A stretch of DNA of 64,000 bases from the human T2T-CHM13v2.0 reference genome, Homo sapiens. Both the position numbers and the translations under genes were made by a program. How positions within the stretch are numbered: position 1 is the first letter of the stretch; every line of letters starts with the position of its first letter. Below are positions 34,626 through 49,390 of the stretch, in pieces. The stretch lies in the NCBI RefSeq assembly GCF_009914755.1, contig NC_060935.1. The stretch is one strand, 5' to 3'. A model generated the notes under the pieces. It did not search any database. It saw only the letters and a program-made list of their open reading frames with translations, and was not told the DNA's origin.

Positions 34626-34788
34626 CCCTAGGACCTGGGGCTGCCTTTTCAGAAAAAGCCTCAAATCCTTCAGTTGCTGTTAGGGCAAGATCCAAGCCCC
34701 CGACTGGCTTGGTAGTAAGATGGTCTCTTTCCAAAGAAAGTTTATGATCCTTCCCTTGACTGCATCTGCCTCTGATGTCCAGGTATTG
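34626..34788 (-). pseudogene. Relic MS4A paralogue, N-terminal exon (in-frame stop, no ATG)
   Basis: ...WILP*QQLKDLRLFLKRQPQVLG|GTGAGT matches the MS4A FLKxxPKVLG exon end; TAA at 34682-34680; acceptor ccaacAG tentative. Confidence 0.8.
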
Positions 34789-36896
34789 CTGTTGGCACCA
34801 GGAGAGAAAACGCTTAGTGGAGAGCCACTTCTAAATATTTTCCTTGATCAATATCAAAATGTAGTGGCAAGAGATTTTGTGTCTCTGGAAAATAATATCA
34901 TAATAATATAATGATATTTGATTGAAATAATCAAATAATATTCATAATATTTTATTTCCACAACTTTGATTAGGGCAGAGCTGGATTTTTTACTTACATC
35001 CTCATTCTCGTATTGACCCAGGCAGTCAGCTAGGACAAATCTGCACTGAACTATAGCTGCCTAATCCTCGGCAAGGGAACACAGTGTTACTGACCTTATG
35101 CAAAGTATCTAAGCCTTGATGAACGAAATTTGGACATTTACCTTCCTGCTCAGATTCCAGAAAGAAAGAGAACTGACTATTTGCAGCAAAATTTCAGGCA
35201 ATATTTTTCCATACCCAAGTTTCCTGTAGCTCAGTTTACAGTGACCCCCACAGGCCTGGCGTTCACATCATCTCCACTTAGACTCCTTGTAAGATCAAAC
35301 ATGGGACTACTATAAGGCACGGTCTCTTCCTACCTTTGCATCTCTTCAGGGCACACCAATGGAAGTTATTGTCCTTTCTGGTGTGTGGACTCTAATTCAC
35401 AGTCCTCAAAGAGGATGAATACCTGTCTGATGTGTAATTTGTGATGAAACTTTGTCTTAGACCCATGGGCCACTAGTTTCCTGTGATTTATCTCACTCTC
35501 CTTGCCAGATAGGTATCTGCAATGTTTTTAAGTTTTGTAATATATCCCTGATATAATAATCTAACTTCACTTCTCACATGCTAACACAGTATCAATGTAA
35601 GAGCACATTGTCAATGCTAGCTCCCCTCCATTGCCGTGTCTCCTGAATAGTATGCATGTCTCGCTTGCCAGATTCACTGTTAATAGGACTCATGTTTCTC
35701 TGGCTTCATGTAATAAAAACTAACTATAAATTATGAGTGCTTCTGAATTAGGGATCTTCTTAAAAACATGATTTTATTTAATAATATTGTATTTTATAAA
35801 ATCCTTATTGTGTATCTTATCACATAACAGTTGTAATTATTTAATATACTTTCCCGACTATTACTTCTGTTTTTTTGAAAAACTCTCCTCCCGGTTCATG
35901 TGATTTCATTAGACTTGTAACCCCAGGTATGACAAAGTCTTTTCTTATGCCACAGTAACTGGACTGCTCTATTTTCTCATCCTTGTAAAATGGTAACTCC
36001 TTAGTGAATGCTTCAGAAGTTTCCAAAAATTCAAGAAAAATACCATATTGTTGGCAAATGTTAATTTATTGTGTATCATATTTAAGGCAGTAGGAAAAAT
36101 GTTTCATAGAACCAAAAGATTGACATCATGTAAACAAACAAACAAAAATCAGTTTGCTACTAACACTTTCCCAATCCACTCTCTCATCTTGGTATTTTTT
36201 TCTTTTTCTTTTTCTTTTTTTTTTGCCAAGGACTTCTTAAAATCTTTTCAGGATTTTTCTTATAAAATATTTTGTAATATTTGAAACAAAACAATAAGCC
36301 TAATAACATCCTGACATCCATTAACATTTAAACAATTCAACTTGGACTCTAAATTCCCTCTACAAATCATGTTAATTCTATGATTCCTCCACAAGAATTT
36401 ACATAGGTGAATATCTATACACATATGTATGTTTACATATATATGCACATATCTATATACATATATATGTGTCTTTTAACTTACTGATTTTTTTCTCCAT
36501 TGTAAGCACTTATTTGGATGTTCAAGACACATGATAATAGAAACATTTACTTCCAAGTTTAATTTTGTAAGGCAAAATTCTCATTTTGTTTCTGGACAAA
36601 AATATCTTTTGGGCCTTTATATCAGCCTCCTCATATATTTTCTCATTCCAGGGGAGAAACTGGTTTTCATCTGGTTCTGTCGATCAACCAGAAAACTCTT
36701 GGATATCCCATTTCAGAGTCAAAGATATTAACATAATGTTCATTACACTATTGTGTGTGTAATTGGTTAAATTACAGCATAATTTTCTCTTTCTTTGCAA
36801 CAGAATTGTGTTTTTGCCATGGAAAACATGTTCCCAATTAAGTGTGGTGACTGGAGGCCACTCATTGGTAAATTACAGATGTCACTTTATACCTGG

Positions 36897-36933
<37 letters not shown>

Positions 36934-37010
36934 AGCATGCATGTGTATATATACATATATATGTGTATCTTTATATGTGTGTGTGTGTGTGTATATATAT
37001 ATGTATATAT
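36897..37010. repeat. Compound (TA)n/(TG)n microsatellite
   Basis: Directly visible. Confidence 0.95.
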
Positions 37011-37658
37011 CTCCCAGATATCACTAGATAGGCTTTTACCAAAAACAAAACAAAACAACTGCAGGATGTCATTTTACAGCACTTTCAACTATCTCCATGG
37101 ATACAATATGATGTTGTTTCTCTGTCCAGTCCCAGCTAGATGCAACACAAGGAAAACTAGTTATCCATGGCACATGGACCAGACCATTAAAGAACAATGG
37201 TAAAGACACCACTTTCCACAATACCCTTCCGTGAGTTAGTCTCACTGTCGCTTTTGCATAGATGCATGTCCCTGTTACAGACTTGTCCACTGACTCTCAA
37301 AGACATTAGCTTTCATATCCAGCATTCAGCAGTTCTTCCGAAATGAGGATACAAGGCAAGTGTTGATGATGGTTATGCTCTAGTGTCCTAATTATTCCCT
37401 TCATTTACACCTCTATTGTTTTTCCTGGCTGACTTGCTGCTATTTCCACTTCCCTGGAGTAGTGCTAGCTCTACACCTATTTAGGTTAGCAAGTCCTGTT
37501 CACTCTTATAAGGTGTCTTTGGGGATAGATTTGTTAGGGTGTAACTCAGCACAGTAACCCCACAGAGGGTTCTAATTTCCCCTCAGATATGTGGTCTTGT
37601 GGTATTTCTATAATGTGTTATATTTCTAGATTTTTATGTGTATTTCCAGAAAAAAAAA

Positions 37659-38812
<1,154 letters not shown>

Positions 38813-39123
38813 ATGCTGATGCTGATTATGCATTTGATTTCCCACCTTTCAACCCCACAACTTCTCAAGGAACCAGGAAACAGGGTACCATTTTAAAACT
38901 TCCAAATTTGTGAAAATAGAAATAAATTTATTACTTGAATTAAGTTCTTTTTCATCAGCTCATGTCACACCAAATCTTTCATGGGACAAAAAGAAACCCA
39001 CGTTGGTTATGACTCATTGCCTCACCACATGTCTACTGACAATGAGCTCCCAGCCAGTGTCGGCCAGGACACAGTTGTTATTTTTCTTCTATTTTCTGCA
39101 ATAACAACATCAAAAAAGGCAGT

Positions 39124-39645
39124 ATGTTACCAAGAATAATAGTACCCAAAGTTATCCACATCCTACTCCCTGGAATCTGAGAGTATGCTATGATATCTGG
39201 CAAATGATTTTAAAAGTTACAGATAGAATCAAGTTTGCTAAGCAGTTGATCTTAACACAGAGTTTATCCTGGAGAATTATGGCAATTCTAATGTAATAAT
39301 AAGAGTCCTTATAAGTGGAGAACCTTTCCCAGGTAAGTCTAAGAGAGAATTGAGGATAGAAGAATAGTCAGAGGTGCAACATGAGAAGGACATGATCTGC
39401 CACTGCCAGCCTTGAAAAAGCCCATGAGTCAATGAATGAGACAGCCTCAAGGAGCTAGAAAAGGCAAGGTCATGGATTTTTTTCCCTAGAAGCTCCAGAG
39501 AGGAAAGTAGTTCTGTAGATAACTTGATTTTTAGCCCAGTGAGACCAGTGTTGTATCCTGACCCACAGAACTCTAAGATAAAATTGTATTGTTTTAAGTC
39601 ACAAAGCTTGTGGTAATTTGTTACAGGCACAATAGAAAACTAATA
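39124..39645 (+). mobile_element. MLT1-type MaLR LTR
   Basis: Ends in ttgtggtaatttgttacaggcacaatagaaaactaata. Confidence 0.75.
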
Positions 39646-39944
39646 TAAGCAGTGTGATAATGAGAAATTATAAATCACTCTCCCTCATATATATAGATGT
39701 AAGAAACTGAAAAATAAAAGTGGCAAATAGAATAGGAAGATGTATTTTTAAAGCATTTGGTCATGGCCAAATTGAACTCATTCCAGTTATTCATATATAA
39801 TTTGACAATAGAAAATCTTCGAAAATCACTTACTGCAGAAACACATCAAATAAGAAAAAAAGACTTTGTTAATCTCAACAGAGGTATGCAGACAAAGCTT
39901 TTGATAAAAATCGATATATACAATTTTTTAAAGAAATTCATGGA

Positions 39945-40720
39945 GAAGTATGGCCATTTTAACAATATTGATTATTTCTATCCATGAGCATGAACTGTTT
40001 TTTCATTTGTTCATGTCGTCTCTGATTTCTTTCAGCAGTGTTTTGTAGTTCTTATTGTAAAGATCTTTCACCTACTTGGTTAGCTCTACTCTTGGTATGT
40101 TATGCTTTTTGTAGCATTGTAAATGAGATTGCATTCTTAATTTGGCTTTCAGCTTGAACATTATTGGTATATAGAAATGCTAGTAATGGTTCTACATTGA
40201 TTTTGTATCTTGAAACTTTACTGAAGTTGTTAATGATTTCTAGGAGCCTTTTGCTGGAGTCTTTAGGATTTTATAAGTATAGAATCACGTTGTCTGTGAA
40301 GAGAGACAATTTGACTTCCTTCCTCTCTTTCTATTTGGATGCCTTTTATTTCTTTCTCTTGCCTGACTGCTCTGGCTAGAACTTCCAGTACTATGCTGAA
40401 TAGAAGTGATGAGAATAATCATCCATGCCTTTTTCCAGTTCTCAGGGGGAATGCTGCCTGCTTTTGCCAGTTCAGTATGATGCTGGCTGTTGGCTGTGGG
40501 TTTGTCATAGATGGCTCTTATTATTTTGAGTTATGTTCCTTTGATGCCTAATTTGTTGAGGGATTTTTAACATGAAGGATGGTGAATTTTATCAAAAACC
40601 TTTTTCTGCATCTATTGAGATGTCATATGGTTTTTGCTTTTAATTCTGTTTATGTGGTGAATCATATTTATTGATTTGTATATGTTGAACCAATTTCACA
40701 TCCCAGAAATAAACCCTACC
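39945..40720 (-). mobile_element. L1 ORF2 fragment
   Basis: Antisense RT-region sequence. Confidence 0.85.
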
Positions 40721-40828
40721 AAAAATAATAAAATTAAACTTCTGAAAGCAATAAGAAAATGTATTTTAAATGTACAGTAAATAGTATAATTGGTATTGAG
40801 ATATTAAATTTTTTAAATAATCAAGAAC

Positions 40829-42849
<2,021 letters not shown>

Positions 42850-43189
42850 ATAATAAATAACTTTTGAAAAATGCATAGTTTCCCCTCACTGATGACATGT
42901 GGAGACACTGTAAAGGACAAAGGTAGCAAGTGTGATTTCCTGTGGTCAAGTTAGATACCTCCAGTGAATTCCAGATACCTTGTTTTGCCTTTTTCTATTT
43001 CTCTTGGGAGAAAAGTTGTTCCTCGTTATCACCATAAGGTGTCAGTAGAGTCAACTGTGCAGAAATTGGGAAAGGCCAATAATTCTAAAATCTTTCTCCT
43101 GCAAAGGGAAGAGAAAACATGTTTCCTACACAGTCTGAGTCATCCTATTTAGAGCATTCTACAACTTTCTTTCTCTCTTTTTTTTCCTC

Positions 43190-43496
43190 TCTTTCCTTTT
43201 TTTTTGTTTTTTCAAGGTCTTGCTCTGTCCACCAAGCTAGAGTGCAGTGGCAAGATCATGGCTCAATGAGCCTCAACCTCTCAGTTTCAGGTGATTTTCC
43301 TGCCTCAGCCTCTTGAGTAGCTGGGACTACAGGCATGTGTCACCACACCTGGCTAATTTTTTTTTTTTTTTTTTTATAGAGATAGGGTTTGGTCATGGTC
43401 TCCAGGCTTGTCTCAAACTCCTGAACTCAAGCAATCTGCCCGCCTCAACCGCCCAAAGTGCTGGGGTTACAGGCAAGAGCCACTGTGCCTGGCCCA
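43190..43496 (-). mobile_element. Alu (J-like)
   Basis: Diverged antisense Alu. Confidence 0.9.
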
Positions 43497-44148
43497 GACT
43501 TTCTTGAAGAAATGAAAGATTTCATGAGTATAATCAGGTTCCAAATCCCAGCGATGTATTGGGGTTGAAGTTAATTTTAGACATAGAGGGTGGAAGTGGA
43601 AGGGGAAGGAAAGTTGGACTATGGAAGTGAAAGCAAAGGGAAGTAAACACACAATAAAACTCGAGTTCACTGAGCATCTTTCATGTGTCAGCTATATTGG
43701 TAACTGCTTTACAAAGGTTATCTCAATACATCTTCTATCTCAAGGTAGGCATCATTCTCACTTGACTTGGGCTGAAGGGGCATTGCTACTTGAAAGAAAA
43801 GATATCAGTGGATGACATGGCAGTGAGGTTGAGCCTAGGATAAAAAGTGGCTTTGAGTGTTGCCTAAAGGGCTGGATGCCTTCTCTGATAAACAAGTCAA
43901 AGCTGAAGAGAGACCCGGGGGGAACTTTGAAGACCAGAAGTTTGACTGGGTAATCAGTAAGACTTCTGGTATCCAGAGTGCTGTGGTGGTGGTGAAGACA
44001 TGGTGGCAGGGGGTGAGGAACAAAGCTGGAGTGTGAGTACAGTAGATGAATACACCAATTGTGGACTCTGAGTCATAGTCCTCTCCTGTGGCAGAAGGTG
44101 GCACCATGTGATTGATATGGGGGATGTGGATTTTCAAAAGAAGGACTC

Positions 44149-44196
44149 TCTCTCACACATACACATACACACACACAAACACACACACACACACAC
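44149..44196. repeat. (CT)n(CA)n microsatellite
   Basis: Directly visible. Confidence 0.9.
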
Positions 44197-44903
44197 CTGT
44201 TTATCCCCTACATTCTTTTAGGCAGAAGAAGGTATGCTTTATTCTGTGTTCAAATAATAGTTAGTGCCCTGTATATATCCCTAATTTCACTGTCATCTCT
44301 GTTTCTCTTATTTGACATAGTGTCTGGTATCCAATAAGCGTCAATAAAAGTTGAATGTCCACAGTAGGTAAATAAATAAAAGAAATGGTGTGTGTCAGTG
44401 GGGGGTGCAATGGACAGGGAGAAGACATAATGAACGAGAGTTTGAAGATAAAGCTAAAATCAAAGAATCTGACAGTCCAGTTTCAGCCTGGAAAAGAAAA
44501 CAGCAGAAAAGCTGAGTATCAGGATATCTGATACAGTGGGTATGACCCCTGCTACAGTGGGTAAAAGCAAGGGAAACATGACCAGTTCTTTCAATGAAAT
44601 GGAGCTCATGTAAAATTGAAATACTTTTCTACGTGTGTGTGTGTACACACATGCTGAAACTTAATATTTATACACAAACAATTGGTCTTTCTTGCAATAA
44701 GAAAATAAGTATGAACTGGTCGATGCTTCATAAAAAATGAGTATTCCTGGTTAGCTTTTGTTTGCTCATTAGTTTTGTTTGAATATTTGATGGGGAGAAA
44801 ATGGAGTTCCAATTTGGGTTTATGTCTGTCATTGTTGACTTATTCTGTGTTTAAGGGAAAAAACAACAAAACGAGTGTTAAAACAAAATATGCACTCAAA
44901 AAT

Positions 44904-44909
44904 TTTATT
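44904..44909 (-). terminator. MS4A6A: Probable MS4A6A polyadenylation signal AATAAA
   Basis: TTTATT on the + strand about 530 nt downstream of the stop, followed by T/GT-rich sequence on the minus strand. Confidence 0.65.
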
Positions 44910-45441
44910 TTGAAGCCAGCTACTTTCATATACCCTGAGACTTCATTATATGGGGCTTGCCTTTATGCACTAATGAGTTAAAATACATAGGATAAAACAC
45001 TAGCACCTGTATAAAAAAGTCTGAGCACCACAACAAATCAGTTAACTCCTGTTGACAATTAAGGGGTACAATAAAAAGTTGTGTCCTTTGCTTCACTGTG
45101 ATCCATTGAATGATCATGCTGTCTAGTTTTCTGGGAAACATTTTCTGGGAAATGTTTCTGGGAATGATCATTCTGCCTTGTTTTCTGGAAATTCAGACTA
45201 TTTGGCTAATCTAGTAAATGGTAATTTACAGCCCCGTGCTTTTGCTGAAGTCAATGTCAGGCAAATCAAGAGATCCCCAATGAACACATATCTTAAATGA
45301 CAGTGAAATAATGGTTTTTTTTAATGTTCATTACTTTAAAAGCTTACATTTAGGAAACTCAAGCTTTGCTTTTCTATAATGGTTAACTTTTCCATATTAT
45401 CATAAGAATCAACTTTCTGATTAATATTTCTCCCTTTTTTC

Positions 45442-45537
45442 TTAAGAAGTCAATAGTTCTTCATATCCACAGTCATGAGTCATTTTTGAGGACATGCCAG
45501 AATTACCAATGTAACTGTGAGGCAGGAAAAGTACACT
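45442..45537 (-). CDS. MS4A6A: MS4A6A terminal coding exon (C-terminal tail and stop)
   Basis: SVLFLPHSYIGNSGMSSKMTHDCGYEELLTS-TAA; acceptor ttcttctAG; the exons sum to 248 aa. Confidence 0.96.
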   Translation of the reverse strand, partial: SVLFLPHSYIGNSGMSSKMTHDCGYEELLTS

Positions 45538-46311
45538 CTAGAAGAAACAAAATATGTTAGGTCTTCAGACTTCAATCAGGTTCAAGATAGATGTATATAT
45601 GCCATTTTTCCAACTGTATACATAGAATTCTTAGCTAATCCAAGATAAGTAGAGCATATCACCAGGTTCTTCAAATAATTGCAATTTATCACCCTAGTAT
45701 TCATTCTACACTCTATAATACAATTTTGGATAAATCAAGGCTTTTTAATTCAGTTAAATAAAGCAATAAGTCCATAGGGGTTTGATTCAACAATACATTT
45801 TTAATATAGCTTTAAAAAGGCAAACGAATTTTAAGATCACCAGGGGCAAATGCAGAGCATAAGACATTCACTGGATCCAGTTACGTGTGTAAATGCCCTT
45901 TACCAAGTCAATACTATTAAAGAGACTAGTGGTTGTGGCAGAAATTGTTTCTGCTTATAAGGGAGGCAAGCCAGGTTCTAGTGTCCTCAGCAAAGGCACA
46001 AACTCATAGCATAATGCCAGGCCAGTCATTTAACTTCCCAGAGTCTCATTCCCTTCGCTGACAAAATAGGAAGATTGAATCAGTTGATTTCTCATGATTA
46101 ACTATTTTCATATCCAGTGAATTTTCAGCTTATCAGCTACTCAATTGCCATCTGCTTTTCTTCTCTGTCTTCCATCACAATGCAAATGCCCTCCCATGTG
46201 TATCTCGTGATTGGCTGGTTGTTCCTTCTACCACTCTTGGTGACATACTCAACACAGTGCAGGGATAAGATACACTAGGCAAGGTTAAGTGAAGCCGGCC
46301 AGCACACTCAC

Positions 46312-46413
46312 CCCAGGGAAGTCAGAGTAAGCCTGTTTCCACCGCAGCACAGCAGTGAGCACAGCTAGGCAGAATTCCAGCAGAGTGCAAATCAGCATCA
46401 GAGAGAGAGTTCC
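46312..46413 (-). CDS. MS4A6A: MS4A6A coding exon 5 (TM4), 102 nt; read-through of the donor gives VSVLAGFT-stop (TAA 46287-46285)
   Basis: GTLSLMLICTLLEFCLAVLTAVLRWKQAYSDFPG; acceptor ctttcAG, donor GTGAGT. Confidence 0.97.
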
Positions 46414-47610
46414 CTGAAAGTCAAGAAATAAAAGATTGATGTTGCTTAGGTCAGCTGAAGCCTTCATGCCTAGTTGAGAGGTGACCATAGAGATGAAGAC
46501 CACCTCAACCATTAGAGAATGAAGAAAGGACACCATCAGGAAGATAAAACTGCTCCTCCCACACCTCACAATTGTCTTAATTCAACCCCTTAACTCATTT
46601 CCTTGAGAGGAGAAAGGGAGATGAATAGTAATTAAATCAACTAATCTACTTCATACACTTATTTCTTACTTCTTTGAGACATCCATAGTTCTGATGACAT
46701 TGTTCACTCGGTAAGAAAGCAGAGTGGCGTAATAACTCCCAGGACTGAGAATCAGCAGCTCCGTTCCAGTCTCACCTTTACTGCTTAGTAGCTGTGTAAG
46801 CCTGGACAAGTCTCTCTCTTTCTCTAGCTCCTGTTTCCTCATGTATCAAACATGCATACTAACATTTCTTTCTCAGAAATTTGTAAGGATCAAGGAGGTT
46901 TTGACTGTGCAAGTCCTTTGTAAAATTTAGTATTGACATCCCTGTCTATGTATCTGAACCCCTTTGTATTTCTTCTTGATTTTTGTTGTTGTTTCTTTGT
47001 TGTTTTTTCTTTTTTTTCTTTTTTTTGGGGGTGTAACTGTAAGGCTTAGAAAAAAACAGTGAAGGTAGTAAACTGTCAGAGTTGCTAATCACCAACACCA
47101 ACTCACAAGAATGAATTCTATCATTTCTGTCCTGAGACATTCTTTGTGCAGAACTGGCCATCTGATAATAAACGGAAATAATTTGATCACATGAAACTTT
47201 GGTTTGTGGTATTTATACACAGTTAAAGAGAAGATATAACTTTTTCCATTACTGGAAATTGTTCCAGCAAGCAAACTTGACAGAATCTCTCTTATTTCCA
47301 ATGTAAAATCGTCCCATCATGAATTTATACTTTATCACTACCAAATTTCTCTGAAATTTCTCTTCAGAATTTTTCCCAAGGTGGAATTGGCTGTGCCAGG
47401 TATTAATCTGTGCCAATTGCTGTCAGCCTCATTTACTTGTACTTTTTCTCATTATACCATTACCTTGGGAGCAAGGCCCTCTTTATAATGAGTGCTATAC
47501 AAACATGACTTTGACCAGACCTTTCTATCTGTCCATCTTCCAGCTGAGTTCTTGGCTTATCTTGTTTTTATGATTGCAGGACAACAAATATTCTGCAATT
47601 TCTTTATTCC

Positions 47611-47905
47611 TTTTTTTTTTTTTTTGAGACGGAGTCTTGCTCTGTCACCCAGGCTGGAGTGCAGTGGCGTGATCTCAGCTCACTGCAACCTCCGCCACCT
47701 CCCAGGCTCAGGTAATTCTCCGCCTCAGCCTCCCAAGTAGCTGGGATTACGGCTGCCCGCCACCACACCCAGCTAGTTTTTGTACTTTTAGTAGAGATGG
47801 GGTTTCACCGTCATGGCCAGGCTCATCTTGAACACCTGACCTCGTGATCCATGCACCAGGGCCTCCCAAAATGCTTGTATTATAGGGGTGAACCACTGAC
47901 CCAGC
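47611..47905 (-). mobile_element. Alu in an MS4A6A intron
   Basis: Antisense Alu on +, flanked by ctttattc/ctttactc. Confidence 0.95.
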
Positions 47906-48685
47906 CGTCCCTTTACTCTTATGTTGCCTGTTTTTCTCTCAATGTGTTGCTGACCATGCACATGCCCCTTAATCTTTCAACTTCAGACATATTATTTCTA
48001 TTAGCCAAACTTCATTATTTTTCTTCTTCCAAAGAGATAGAATTCTCCTGCAATCATTCTCAATTACACTCTCCATCTCCCTATATTTCTTATCTCCTGA
48101 TTTAATATATCACACTTCTTTCAGCTATAACAAAAAGCAACAATAATGTTGCATTCTCACCTGATCAGTATTATTCATTATTGTGATCATTAGAAGAAGA
48201 AGCCCTTATCTTCTCATCCCATATTTCCTATCCTCTTTTTCTTAGTACTGAATCTGATGTCTTCTCAAACCAAATTAACTCCTTACCATGCACACATACT
48301 GTTTCCTTGTTGGCCTATTCTGATCTCCTGGGTCTTTCTGCTCTGTTTCCATTCTTAATTCACCACTCCATGTACCAAGATTCTCATTTTGATAAACTCA
48401 TAATTTATGCCTCCAAAATTGGATTAGTTTGATAATTAAGAACCTCTACAAACAGTAAGTTTTAGTTTTTCATCATCAACCTTATTTAACATTTTCAATT
48501 CCACTCTATTAGTATGTAATCCCCTTAATCTCATCCCTGTAGTCCCCTTTGATTTACATAAACCTGGTTTTCCCCCAGATGCCCAAACCAGAACCAATAG
48601 AGAGATTTTCAAAAGAAGGAATAACAAGAAATCAAGGCTTTTGAATACCTCATAAGATTAGAACATCCCATCTAAAAATACTTAC

Positions 48686-48895
48686 AGCCAGACTGGCTTT
48701 GGCTGTATAGCAGTCCGTGGTATAAAGTGAATCATGATAAAAGTAAGAAACATAACTTCTTGTTGGTATATTATTTTTGTCCAACTCACACTGCAGTGAG
48801 GCAGGATTTAAGGTGGCCTGTTTGACAGACAGGATAATGAAACCCACCAGGGCAGACAGAGCACTCAGAATGCTTCCAACCAGGCTGCTATGCAC
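48686..48895 (-). CDS. MS4A6A: MS4A6A coding exon 4 (TM3 and large extracellular loop), 210 nt
   Basis: VHSSLVGSILSALSALVGFIILSV...DCYTAKASLA with the two loop cysteines; acceptor ctttcAG, donor GTAAGT. Confidence 0.97.
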
Positions 48896-49324
48896 CTGAA
48901 AGAGAAATGTTGGGTAAGGATCATTGCTAATGACTCATGAATCTGTTATGCATCTTTGCCATTAAATTGTAAGTTATTCCCTTATCTGTCCCCTCAGGAG
49001 GTCTGGGATTGATCATTTATTGCTGTATGCCTCTCCAGTGTCCAGCAAAAATCTCTCAATCTCCAGGGTAATTCTTGGCTGAATGAATGACTATACGAAC
49101 TGGTTCACCTTAAGCAGGACCTCAGTGGTGTGGTAGAGAATGTTACTCTCCTAAATTCTTTCCCCAGGACAGATAGCAGGGCTTTCATGAGGCTTTACCT
49201 GCAACATTACCAAGAGAGCGTGACCCAAAGTGAAGGTGGCAACGTACCAGATGCAGTTTCTCTCTCGCTCAACTCAAAAACCCCTGGCGGAAGCATCAGC
49301 CACATGGAAAAGATAGATCATGTA

Positions 49325-49390
49325 TTAGCATGGTGCAAAAGTAATTGTGGTTTTTGCCATAAAACCACAATTATGTTTGCACCAACCTAA
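49325..49390. mobile_element. MADE1 MITE (palindromic) in an MS4A6A intron
   Basis: TIRs ttagcatggtgcaaaagtaattgtggttt / aaaccacaattatgtttgcaccaacctaa, TA flanks. Confidence 0.85.

Noticed and set aside
36763-37203. 146-aa ORF with CV repeats
   Set aside because: Translation of a (TG)n/(TA)n microsatellite.
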